Of a stretch of DNA of 64,000 nt, positions 35,001 to 62,419 are shown in pieces (position 1 is the first letter of the stretch; each line of letters opens with the position of its first letter). The stretch covers positions 44,258 to 108,257 of the forward strand of contig NIVC01003265.1 in the NCBI GenBank assembly GCA_002269645.1, written 5' to 3'. The translations under genes and the position numbers were made by a program. The notes below the pieces were generated by a model. It searched no databases. It saw only the letters and a list, made by a program, of their open reading frames with translations, and had not been told where the DNA came from. The stretch is from Macrostomum lignano (lineage: Eukaryota).

Positions 35001-38000
35001 GAGAGAGTCAGTCTAGGACTGCAAGCTCAGTCCGCCACCAATCTAGAAAATGAATGAAAATCTCACGGCCCAGGTGCTTGAATAGAACTGTGGCCCCGGC
35101 CGGTCCAAGGAAGCTCCAGAGGGCCGCCAGCTGCATGGTGAGCAGCAGAGCGCAGTTCCAGCCCCAGGAGCTGTACAAGAAGGTGTAGATAGCGGCGCCG
35201 CCATACTGAAAGCAGAGCGGCAGGCACAGCGCAATCAGCAGGCAGAACAGCAGCAGGTGGAGGACTCCCGTCCAGTTCTTCAGCCTCGGCCAAACATCCA
35301 CCAGCGAGTCCACGCAGCAACAGAGGAAGGAGACGCAGTCGCAGACCTCGCCGACTGCGAAGCACAGCAGCGGGGCGACACTGAGTCCGGAGTTGATGGT
35401 GGACAGCACGTACGGCTGGATCTGCATGAGGATGTGCGAGTAGCCGAAGGCCTCCGGCTTCAACAGCATCGCCACGTCCGATTCCTTGCTGCTGACGCCA
35501 GCCTGAATGATCTCCTGGCAGAGGACGTGCAGCGAGTTGGCCAGGCAGTGCAGCGACAGGCTGACGAGGCTGGTGCCGATGAAGTTGTAGCCAAACGCGT
35601 TGGTCTTGGCCAGGTTGATGAGCTCCCCGGTGCTGCAGCCGGTGTTCCTGGGGAGTTTCGGGAGAGTTTTGGCGCCATCTGTGTGAGTTCTTGCCAGCAA
35701 AATCTATGGAGAGAGCAGAGACCGTTGCAGCTGCTCCAAGTCCTGGCTTGGCTAAGTTATTGGACAGCTCACCACATTACCAACTGAACAACTCACCACA
35801 TGACCAACTGAACAACTCACCACATGACCAATTTAACAACTCACCACATGACCAGCATTGTCGCGTCCACCCAAATGCTCAAATTGTTGGTCACACTGAG
35901 GCCTTTGCTGCTCGAGACGAACTCCATCAGGCCAACAAAGAAGCTGCTTCCATCGCCGTGGCAAACTGTGATGATGCAGACCACGCCGAGGGAAGCCGTG
36001 CTCGCGACGCTAAGGAAGTGCAACCAGCTGCTCAGAGTTTTCGGCTCCACCATCAGCGTGAGCAGCAGGCAGCAGTAGGTCAGGGTGAACACAAAGGTGA
36101 GCAGAGTCCAGTGTACCGGCTCCCCCATCGATGAGTCGACCCGGAAGCCGCGCCGCATTCTGCCAGTCAGCAGGTCGGTGGTGATCAGCTTCGGCCCGGC
36201 GAAATTCTCCGCAGCCTTTTCGGCGTCAACGATGCCGACCCGCTTCCACAGGTAGTGGTTTTTCAGCCCCTTCTCGCTGGAGTGCCGCTGCCGGTTCGCG
36301 TCGATCTCGCCGCAGATGCCCCAGTCGAGGTGAACTTCGTTCAGGCCGAGCTGCTGGCAGTCGCTGAGGTTGAGGTTCTTGTAAATTCGCTTCACAAAAA
36401 AGCCGCTCAGCAGAGGTGAGTTGCTGCTGTTGCTGCGCTCTCCCACGCTAAGCAGGCCGAGGCTCTCCAGCAGCACGATGGCCGTGTAGACACCCTCGCT
36501 GGCCACCACCATGTTGAGCGCCGTGTGCAGCACGCTGACCAGCAGGATGGACAGTCCGAGACCTGAATGGGATTGCCAGGCCATGATCAGATTCTAGTAG
36601 TTTCACTCTTCACCAGCTGGTGTTAACCGCTCTCTTGCGCAAGGATTTTGTCTGTAGGTTTCATAATTAATTAATTGATTACACCCGCCCTAATGGGCGG
36701 ATGTGCAACCGACAGCTCAGCCGCAGGTTTTGCGTGGCGCATGTGAAGGCTGCGTACGGCTGTTCAGTCCAAGGACTGGGGGGTCGCCACACGCACCCTC
36801 ATTTACCCCAGCTAATGCTGGCACCCATTTTAGAGCTGGGTGAACTGAAGCAATGCGGAGTTAAAGTTCCTAAGGAGGCTAAAACCCCTCACTAGGCTAC
36901 AACCCCTCACTAGGCTACAACCCCCTACAACTAGGCTACAACCCCTCACTAGGCTACAACCCCTCACTAGGCTACAACCCCCTACAACTAGGCTACAACC
37001 CCTCACTAGGCTACAACCCCTCACTAGGCTACAACCCCTCACTAGGCTACAACCCCCTACAACTAGGCTATAAACCTCTCACTAGGCTACAACCCCCTAC
37101 AACTAGGCTACAACCCCCTCACTAGGCTACAACCCCTCACTAGGCTACAACCCCTCACTAGGCTACAACCCCCTTTTCTAGGCTACAACCCCTCACTAGG
37201 CTACAACCCCCTACAACTAGGCTACAACCCCCTCACTAGGCTACAACCCCTCACTAGGCTACAACCCCTCACTAGGCTACAACCCCTCACTAGGCTACAA
37301 CCCCCTTTTCTAGGCTACAACCTCTCACTAGGCTACAACCCCCTACAACTAGGCTACAACCCCTCACTAGGCTACAACCCCCTTTTCTAGGCTACAACCC
37401 CTCACTAGGCTACAACCCCCTCACTAGGCTACAACCCCCTCACTAGGCTACAACCCCCTTTTCTAGGCTACAACCCCTCACTAGGCTACAACCCCCTTTT
37501 CTAGACTACAACCCCTCACTAGGCTACAACCCCCTTTTCTAGGCTACAACCCCTCACTAGGCTACAACCCCTCACTAGGCTACAACCCCCTTTTCTAGGC
37601 TACAACCCCTCACTAGGCTACAACCCCTCACTAGGCTACAACCCCCTTTTCTAGGCTACTTTTTTGCCAAACCCAACTGCAGGTAGCTTTGTTTAAGCTT
37701 TGTTTAAGCTACATGCAGTTGGGTTGAAGCTACAAAAAACGAAGCTTATTAAATTCTAAATCAGCACCATGGAAAACCCCTGTACAGACGAAATTATGAT
37801 CCTATCAAAACTGCAGCTAATTTATCTACCTAAAGTTTCAAAAAAGTCCAGGATTTCGTCTGTGGATAAAATGAACACGTTCGAAGCCTGGTGCTGGACC
37901 TTCACATTTCACACACTTCATAATCTCAGTCAGCTACCTGCTGAGACCTACTGCTAACTAAGAGTAGACCTGAGAGTCTCGCTACTCGTCACCAAGCACC

Positions 38001-38389
38001 CTCAGCCGAGCTCGGCACCAACCTCGGATCGCCGGGTTGAAGCTCCAGCAGCGCAGCGGGCCGAAGCGCGAGTGCTGGCCCACTGCAGCCAGCAGGATGA
38101 CTGTCGGCAGGCCGAACGCCGCCATGACAGTGAAGTAGGCCACGGAGAAGGACAGGCCGCCGTACTTGCAGCAGTAGCTAAAGTACATGTACAAGCCGGA
38201 GTTGCGGAACAGGCGCGAGTAGAACCCGAGCGAGAATCGGAGCGGGTGCCGCCAGGCCTTGCTCTCGGACACGTTCGCCTGCCACAGCTGCTCGCAGGTG
38301 CAGTGCCGGCTGTCGGCGGAGGTCTCGTGCTTCATTGGCTGGTAGTTCCTGGCATCGACTGGGCCAAAGTCGTCCTGACTGCTCTGCAT
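32045..38389 (-). CDS. Atypical SLC6/NSS (sodium:neurotransmitter symporter fold) membrane protein, ~698 aa. Exons (minus): 38389-38023, 36562-35845, 35647-35067, 32475-32045
   Basis: Phases 1/2/1 are consistent; total 2097 nt = 699 codons. SLC6 landmarks: YCCKYGGLSFSVAYFTVMAAFGLP..LLAAVGQHSRFGP..CW..NPAIRGLG, LDWGIC, WVDATMLVMWNTGCSTGELINLAKTN, FWWRLCWFFYTP. Confidence 0.85.
32595..35015. repeat. 41/45-nt minisatellite TGATGCAAGCTCAGTCTCGAGAGAGTCAGTCTTGTATCTAA(CTAA) filling SLC6 intron 3 (~2.4 kb)
   Basis: Direct reading. Confidence 0.95.
36680..36885 (+). mobile_element. Probable SINE-like fragment in SLC6 intron 1
   Basis: GCTGGCACCCATTTTAGAGCTGGGTGAACTGAAGCAATG resembles, by recall, the conserved central domains of widespread metazoan SINE superfamilies. 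No full element or TSD seen. Confidence 0.35.
36885..37660. repeat. ~18-nt minisatellite CTAGGCTACAACCCCTCA with interspersed variants
   Basis: Direct reading. Confidence 0.95.
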
Positions 38390-39361
38390 GATGCTGGTCT
38401 GACTGAATAATAACAGAGCTCGCTTGTCTTGGCTGAGGTTTCAAGTTCTAGAGCTTCTGTCCCTGCTGTAGAGGTTTTGGTCATAGACATATCGGAAAGT
38501 GATGCCGCTACGGAGATTTCAGTGCTCTGTGGTTTACGTTGTTCAGTGAAGTATTTGAAGTTTCAGTGAAGTTGACTTTCTAGACTAGGTTTGGAAGCTC
38601 TGAGAGCTAGAGAATAGGTTCACAACATCCGTAACTTCAACGTAACTTCCTACTTATCAGTAGCAGTTAGTAGCAACTAGTGCACATTTAAAATATGACC
38701 TGGAGCACCAGGAGGTACTCCGAGGAGCTCCTTGTGTTATTCTACTGGATCTTATCCATCAGTGCCTAATGCTTGAGCAGGATGTCATCTGCCTCCCATC
38801 TGATCACACGCTATCAGCTTCAAAGCTGTCACAGATGGAGAAGGTCGTGATCCTGGTCATCGACAATATCTACATGTACACCGCAAGTTGCCGTCATTCA
38901 CAGACGAAGCAACAGGCAAACCTGTGTTTGTGCTGTTCGATCCGGTGCACAACTTGAAAAAAAAATCGACAACTTTCAAAGTCAAGGAGTCTGATCCATC
39001 TCCCTCCCTCTCCGGCTCTTGTAATTATTCTCAAACAAGTTTGTTCAGAGCCTGGCCCTAATTCAATATTTTTCTCTATTATTGCCTTATATTCTCATCA
39101 TAAAGCTGAATTATTGTACTGTCTCCAAACTATCAGCAATGTCTCCAAACTAATCGCTTTTGCACGCTGTTGGTGTTTAAAACCCTCATAACATCCTTGT
39201 TGCTCATATAGCTGCGAATGGCTGCCACACTAATGGTGTGGGGAGCCTGCAGTCTAGTTATGTTATTTTAAGAAGTACCTGGTCAGTCACTTACTGAGTC
39301 ACCCACACTGCACCAGTCACTCACTGAGTCACCCACACTGCACCAGTCACTCACTGAGTCA

Positions 39362-39965
<604 letters not shown>

Positions 39966-40011
39966 GTCTATCTCAGTTTCCCAAGCAACCTAACCACCCC
40001 TCATCACTCAG

Positions 40012-40137
40012 GCCACATCCCTGGCTCTGATGCTGCTGCTCATCTGCGCTCTCCACACGGAGGTGAACACTCCGCGCTGCTTGTACGAAGACTACTTCAG
40101 AGATGAGCCTTCGAACCGGGAGAAGAAGATCATGTAA
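40012..40137 (+). CDS. Orphan terminal-exon-like ORF ATSLALMLLLICALHTEVNTPRCLYEDYFRDEPSNREKKIM*
   Basis: Acceptor CATCACTCAG ends 40011; mostly G/C-ending codons; phase 0 matches the donor at 39410/1. No parent gene identified. Confidence 0.35.
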   Translation, partial: ATSLALMLLLICALHTEVNTPRCLYEDYFRDEPSNREKKIM

Positions 40138-41285
40138 CACGCTTGCAAATTTATCCCCTATTGGGGCTGGGATTGCTCCATGTTGGGTTGCAAATGGGTT
40201 GGTTGCGAAGTTGTTGAATTTTTGAGCTGTTTAGTCGGTAAATATACTGCTTGTCTGTTACGGCACTCATCAAGTGCTTATTTTCATATTCCAAACCGGT
40301 TTTGCATTCGATCTGCAACTCAAGATTCCCAAATACTCGGGGCTCCTACTTCTCGACCAGACACAAAAGTGTGCAGCTGGGAATTGAAATGCTCCATACG
40401 ACAAACCGACATACGACATACGACAATTTACTAAGTTTAACTCTTATAAACCAGAGTTTTGAAAGTGATTCGGAGGCCAGCTGGTCACCCCTGATGATTC
40501 AGTAGATGGGTTTGAAGCTGACCAGCTCTCCACAACTTTTTCAAGAAAATGCTGATGTTTGATCAGCACCAAATTCAACTAAAAACTGCCCCTTCAACAA
40601 TTTTTTTCTTCAATACTGTATCCAAATTGACTACGAGGATTTGAAGGACCACGGAGTATCAGAACAATGGAAATTTTATTAACCCCTGTAGGCTAAAGAT
40701 TGACAATTCCGAATTCGCGTATCCAAAACTACTCATAGTAGTCTCTTGTATTCGTAATTATCAGCTCATATCGGATCAGAAGCCAGCGAACGCCCAGCCT
40801 AAATGCGGTCTGTTCGATCACTTCGTTCAATGCAATTCTAAGTCAATTTTTATGGCCTTTTTATGGCGACATTCAGGCGCTAATTTTGACCCCCGGTCAG
40901 GATTGAGACCCGGGGGGGGGCGGGATTGGCCGGCTCTCTGAGGCCTCAGAGCTGCTGGATAAAAATTAACTTGCCAACCAGAAAGTCGGCCTGTTTCGTC
41001 AACCCCTCCGGGTCACATGACCCCTGCTCTTGAGCCCAAGACTTTTATGGCCAGCTGAAAGTGCCAGCGGCTCCCTGGCCCGTGCGTGACTCAGGTGGCC
41101 GGGCGGGATCGATTGCCGTTGATTTGGCACATTTTTGTTCCTTCGCTGGACAAGAGCTGCGGGCCTGGTACAGTCTGGCCAGGTGAACCCTGTCAAGCCT
41201 CTGTGTTTGTTAATTAGCAATAACATTATGGGGCCGCAGTTTCAATATTGACCAAACTGCAGCCAGCACACCGCCCTGGACTTTA

Positions 41286-41288
<3 letters not shown>

Positions 41289-41374
<86 letters not shown>
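41289..41374. repeat. (CT)n microsatellite upstream of ARHGEF17
   Basis: Direct reading; CCAAT at ~41453. Confidence 0.9.
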
Positions 41375-41377
<3 letters not shown>

Positions 41378-41712
41378 CGCCCTCAATAGCTGATAAGGAG
41401 AAGCGAGCGGGACATGGCGAGATGGAGGGGCAGAGGAGGGGTGGGCGGGCAGCCAATGGGATCAGTTCGGCGTCACTGCGGACTTCGGGCGCCGGCATTC
41501 CAATCCGTGTACGGCTCCGCTTTCCCTGCCTCCTTCACCGACCTCTCCCTCCTCTGTGCTGAAAGCCGGGAGCGGAACGGAAAACCAGCGGAAGCAAATT
41601 GCGGCAGCAATCGAAGCCCGGACCATTGAAGAAGATCGTCGCCGCCAACACCGCAGAGGTTGAACACGAAAGCAGAAGATCTTCTCTTGTTAGCAGCAGA
41701 GGCAGTGCAACT

Positions 41713-56822
<15,110 letters not shown>

Positions 56823-57181
56823 AATTTGTTCTGCTCTACGAATACACTGCTGACACCGACACTTGTCCAATGTACAGCCGCTTCTGTCACTCGCTGCCAC
56901 TAGATATCTTCGACCTTCATTGTATTCTTCAGAATGCGACAATTTTTAGATTCCCCCAATGGCGTAAATGCAGTGACGTCATGCTTTACTTCTGCAAATT
57001 ATCATAAACTTTAATTGGCTTGAAGTTGCAGTCTAAGTGACTCTACAGTATCGGTTGTCTGCTCGAGTAGCTCATACTACTCAAAGTATTCAATGAGATG
57101 CATCAGACTGTTTCTATTGAGTTCAATTCGCTATTTGCTGTCTCTGGGGTTATTTTAATTTAAATAAGCTAGATGGAGCCT

Positions 57182-57535
57182 GGTCAGAGTGACGTCTTGG
57201 TCAGAGTAGAGTGACGTCTTGGTCAGAGTAGAGTGACGTCTTGGTCAGAGTAGAGTGACATCTTGGTCAGAGTAGAGTGACATCTTGGTCAGAGTAGAGT
57301 GACGTCTTGGTCAGAGTAGAGTGACGTCTTGGTCAGAGTAGAGTGACATCTTGGTCAGAGTAGAGTGACATCTTGGTCAGGGTAGAGTGACATCTTGGTC
57401 AGAGTAGAGTGACGTCTTGGTTAGAGTAGAGTGACGTCTTGGTCAGAGTAGAGTGACGTCTTGGTCAGAGTAGAGTGATATATTGGTCAGAGTAGAGTGA
57501 CATCTTGGTCAGAGTAGAGTGACATCTTGGTCAGA
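57182..57535. repeat. 22-nt minisatellite GGTCAGAGTAGAGTGAC(G/A)TCTT
   Basis: Direct reading; downstream of the ARHGEF17 stop. Confidence 0.95.
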
Positions 57536-57607
57536 TTGACTTGTGAACTACAATCAGCTTTTTCAAAGCAAATTTCGCGAGTTTACAATTAGAAATTTAC
57601 GATATAA

Positions 57608-57621
57608 AATAAAATTTTATT
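57608..57621. terminator. Palindromic bidirectional polyadenylation signal AATAAAATTTTATT
   Basis: Perfect 14-bp palindrome giving AATAAA on both strands, between the convergent stops at 56822 and 57866. Confidence 0.55.
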
Positions 57622-57865
57622 GTTATATATTTAATTATTGAACCCCAGTCGAACCTCAGTATGGACAACAGGAGAGTATAAATATTCTATTATATAAATA
57701 TATCAAATATTGAAAGTGAGTCTACATTCAACAGAGTGCAGTTTGACAATGCGGGTACGGTCGCTTTCACAGTTACAACTGAGCACTTTTCGGACAGTAC
57801 AGTACGCTGTAGTTTTGGCTTTAGAAAGTACATCAGAGGTCAAGCACCTGGCTGGCCAAAGCTGG

Positions 57866-60800
57866 TCAGAGCACCCGTTGACCCCTCGGAGTTCCTTGAC
57901 CCCGGAAGACCGGATTTTCACGGCTGACGTTGAACTGCTGGTGGAACACGTTGCTGTTGTCGGGCCCCGGCGAGCCCCTGTAGCCCAGCTGCGGGTAGGC
58001 GCGGCCCTGGGTGGACAGCGAGGACCGCCGGGACCAGGCGGTGCTGTCCGCGTCTGCTTGGAGGTCGGCGGGCGGTACAGGAGACACTTAGTGCAGAACC
58101 ACAGCGGAACCTTGACGCTCCCAACTCCCCACACCGACAGACACCCATCAGTCCTTGGCGCTCTCTCAGTATCCCACACCGACAGACACCCATTGGCCCC
58201 TGGCGCTCTCTCAACATCTGAGACTGACAGACACCCATCAGTCCCTGGCACTCTCTCAGCATCTGAGACTGACAGACACCCATCAGTCCCTGGCACTCTC
58301 TCAGCATCTGAGACTGACAGACACCCATCAGTCCCTGGCACTCTCTCAGCATCTGAGACTGACAGACACCCATCAGTCCCTGGCACTCTCTCAGCATCTG
58401 AGACTGACAGACACCCATCAGTCCCTGGCACTCTCTCAGCATCTGAGACTGACAGACACCCCTCAGTCCCTGGCATTCTCTCAGCATCTGAGACTGACAG
58501 ACACCCATCAGTCCCTGGCATTCTCTCAGCATCTGAGACTGACAGACACCCATCAGTCCCTGGCATTCTCTCAGCATCTGAGACTGACAGACACCCATCA
58601 GTCCCTGGCATTCTCTCAGCATCTGAGACTGACAGACACCCATGAGTCCCTGGCACTCTCTCAGCATCTGAGACTGACAGACACCCATCAGTCCCTGGCA
58701 TTCTCTCAGCATCTGAGACTGACAGACACCCATCAGTCCTTGGCGCTTGTCAGCTCCACAATCGCATCAGAGTCCAATCGATCCTTCGCTCCCGCCAAAA
58801 ACACATGCATGCTTCTGAAAGTAGCTGAATCGGGCGTGCAACTCCAAAGTTGAAAAAAGCTCACCGAATTCGTCGGTCCAACCGTTCCGTCCCACCGACT
58901 GTCGGTAGCTCTGGTAACCAACCTCAGGCTGCTGTTGCGGCAGCTCTTCCAACGGAATCTGCCGCGTCACTGTCCACTCCTCAACGCGGAAAGGCGTGCT
59001 CATCCTGGTCTCCACGCCTTCATCCTCTTTGCGTTCCTGGAACTCGCGAAGATGATCGTAGCGGCCGATTCCGTCTCCTGGCAGCTGGCTGTTTGCCGCG
59101 GCGCTGTGGTACACCGTCCACTCCTCCACGTTCCGGTTTTCTGCTCCGCCACCGCCCACTGAGCGGCGTCGCTCCCTGCGGTCCTCGCTTCGGACGGTGC
59201 GCCTCTCGAAAGACCGCGCCCGCCTGGCTGCTGGCTGGCCACCCTCGGCTTCCGCCGAGTCCAGCAGCCGGCGGTAGCCCACGATCGAGTCCTGGCTGTC
59301 GATGATTTGTCCCGAAGCCGGCGACGACCGTCCCCTTCTCGTGGACGCAGCCACCGGAGTCTCGTACACGGTCGAGGCCTCGTAAGCCGGGATTCGCTCG
59401 TACACCGTCCACTCCTCCTTTGAGAAGATCTCCGGCGTTTTGGACTGACTGCGGCTGCTGACGGCTGCTTGCTGGCGCTGCTCTTCTTCTCGGGGACGTC
59501 GACGACTTTCCTCCGCCTCGCGACGTCGACGGCTTTCTTCTTCCTCGCGACGACGCCTGTTTTGCTCCTCTTCGCGACGCCTTCGTTCTTCGTCCCGTTC
59601 GCGACGTTGGTGACTTTCGCTCTCGTTGCTGTATCGGTAACTTGAGTTCTCTTCTCGTTTCTCGTTTCGCTTGTTCTCGTAGCCGTCTAAATAGCGTCGA
59701 TATCCAATAACGGAGTCGGTGCTGTCGTACTGATGCAGCTGCGAAGGTTGCGACGGTGGCGGCTGGAGATGCTGCACCGGGACCGTGTCGTACACAGTCC
59801 ACTCTTCGCGTCTGAAAATATCCGGAGTCTTGTTGGCGACTTCGCGGCGATGAAGCTCCTCTTGACGGCGCTCCTGCTCCGCCTCTTCCGCTCGACGTTG
59901 TCTCTCCCAATTCTCCGCCTCCCTGCGCCGCCTCTCCCGCTCCTCAGCTTCAGCCAGTCGCCTCCGCTCCGAGTCCTCCCTGCGCCGCCTCTCCCGCTCC
60001 TCAGCTTCAGCCAGTCGCCTCCGCTCTGAGTCCTCCCTGCGCCGCCTCTCCCGCTCCTCAGCTTCAGCCAGTCGCCTCCGCTCCGAGTCCTCCCTGCGCC
60101 GCCTCTCCCGCTCCTCAGCTTCAGCCAGTCGCCTCCGCTCCGAGTCCTCCCTGCGCCGCCTCTCCCTCTCCTCAGCTTCCCTCTGCCGCTGTCGGCGCTC
60201 CTCCTCCTCCGCCTCTTGCCGCCTTCGCGCCTCGGCCTGCTCAGCCTGCCGCTCCTGCAGCCGCCGGTCAAGCGTGTCGGTCACCGGCAAGGTCTCGTAA
60301 ACGGTCCACTGCTCCGTCTGCTGCGCGGGACGCAGATCGCCGCCCGAACTGGTTGGGCTGTCCCGTTCCAGAATTGTTCGTGAGGTGTACCGCGTCTTTT
60401 TCGTGACGAACCGCGGCGGCTGACGAAGGTCACGACTGCTGTTGTACTCCTGGCTGTCATCGCCTGGCCGCTGCTGGCCGGCCGCCAGGTTCGAGTCCGA
60501 GAGCAACATCTCCGCTTCATCGTCGGCGGAGGGAGTCTGGACGATCCGGATTCGCGCGGGCTTGCCGATCGGAGTGAAGCCGAGGTTCGTCGGCGTCCGC
60601 GGCGGCGACGGCGACCGTCGTTGCGGCTGCTTCGATGGCTGCGGCTTTGGCTGCGGTGGTGGAGACGGTGGCGGCGGAGGCGGCGGAGGCGGCGGCGGAG
60701 TTTGAGGCTTCGGCGACGGCGGCCTGAGCTGAGCCGGCTGCGCTGAGCGATTTGAGGGCGCACGCCGGACCGGCACCGCCACCCGCTTGAGCGACTCGTT

Positions 60801-60920
60801 GGAAGCGCTGCGCTGGGCGAACAGGCTGGCCAGGGAGCTCACGTGGCCCTTCTTGATGCCGGCCTCCGGCTCAACTTGGCTGCGCTGCTGCCGCTGCCTG
60901 GGCCGATTCGGGTTGCTCAT
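57866..60920 (-). CDS. Uncharacterised ~758-aa protein: Pro-rich N-terminus, five (E/Q)EWTV(Y/T) modules, R/E-rich helical repeats. Exons (minus): 60920-58865, 58086-57866
   Basis: 685-codon open exon with GC3-rich codons; acceptor TTCTCCAG just upstream of the ATG. Donor TTC G|GTGAGC (phase 1) matches acceptor CTAAG|TG. Stop 57866; AATAAA on the minus strand at 57616-57621. Confidence 0.8.
58130..58740. repeat. 45-nt minisatellite GACTGACAGACACCCATCAGTCCCTGGCACTCTCTCAGCATCTGA in the gene-4 intron
   Basis: Direct reading. Confidence 0.95.
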
Positions 60921-62419
60921 GCTGACCGCCTGGAGAACGCCGGGACTGAGGAGGCGAGTCCGCCTGCCTTGCGCTTTTTCAAACTCTCAGCTCGCCGCTC
61001 GGCCGCACCGCTGCCGGCTCGACTTTATTCAGCCTCGCCTTTCCCGACGGGCGGGTCTGGGAGGTTCCCACGGCCTGCGCCTGCGGAGCCGCCCAAGCTG
61101 GCGAAACATTTTACTGCTCCGCCCAAACCCTGCGGTGCGGGAGGGCGCGGCCTGGCGCCTGCAGTTCGCCCCGGCCGCTGAGAACAGAACCCCCCACCTC
61201 TACAGCGCCCAGTGTTCTCACTAACTGAGACAACTCCAGTTTTACGTGTGAAGATTGCTTCGAAAGTGAGCACGGTTCTTACTCAATGCATCCTAACCGT
61301 AACTTGGGACTGAACAACATCAATTGGGGGTTAAAATTTATTGTTGAGAAATTAGCAAAAAGGTAAAGAGTCCACCTGGGGGGCACCAATAGCATCTATA
61401 TTTAGAGATAAGGGAATGGGGTAGACAGGAATGGGATGGGCTAGCATTGGTGAGTCAAGAAGGGGTTAAGGCGATCGATAAAGCGGTGTACGGTACAGAG
61501 GGAAGGGGGGAGGCAGGGGCAGGTAAATTGTACATTTCTAATGATAATTGAATATGCCCGATGAGCCTGGGAAAGTTCCAATTCATGTATAGAGATAAGA
61601 ATACAAGTAATAAGTAATATACAATAATTAAAACAAATCAATAATAACGCTAAGCTAGCGTGCAACGCCTAAATTACTATGAGAGCCGAGTGTAAACTTA
61701 TCCATTAATTTAGTCGCTAATAAAAGGGACGAGTCGCACCTGTTTCGGCTTGCCTGAGCAACTGGAAGCCAACTAGCAGGGTCTGAGCAGACTGTAGCGG
61801 GAGTAGGCGGCCGGCTGAGGATCAAGTGTCTGTGGGACTCGCATCTGACCGCCGCGCGCCTGGCTAATGACCGCCGCACTAATGACCGCCGCACTAATGA
61901 CCGCCGTGAGAAATCCAATTCCGTGTGCCACAGGAGCCAATTTGCTATACATTCGTCTAACTGATTGCCTCACAGTAGTGCTCACTGTGCTCACTGTGCT
62001 CACTGAACTCATCATTGCCCTTTTTCTTTGCTACTCTTTGAAACACAAAATAGCGTGACTGACAAGAGCCCACCGCGGTTAGCTGGGTCAGAAATGCGGC
62101 TTTGAGGGGACCATCGCCCAGCTTCCTGCATTAATGATGAAGGTCCGGTATGAGTCTCGGCCGTGTCCACAGTAAGCCAATCAGCCAAGGTTGCAGTCTG
62201 ACAGTTCATTTATTGTAATTCGATTGCCTCTACTTTATGCTGTATAGATCCACCAGCCCTTCTGATAGTCTAATCATTAACACCATTAACACCAATGATT
62301 AACATCATTAATCGTCAACACCGATAATCTAATCTAGTCATCTTGTCGCCTGATCTCTGAGAAATCTAGTCATCTGATTACCCAGTAATTTTGTCATACA
62401 ATTACCTGATTATCTAGGT

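Noticed and set aside
57703-58853. Four overlapping 230-330-aa ORFs
   Set aside because: The 45-nt intronic repeat lacks stops; only 58086-57866 has splice support.
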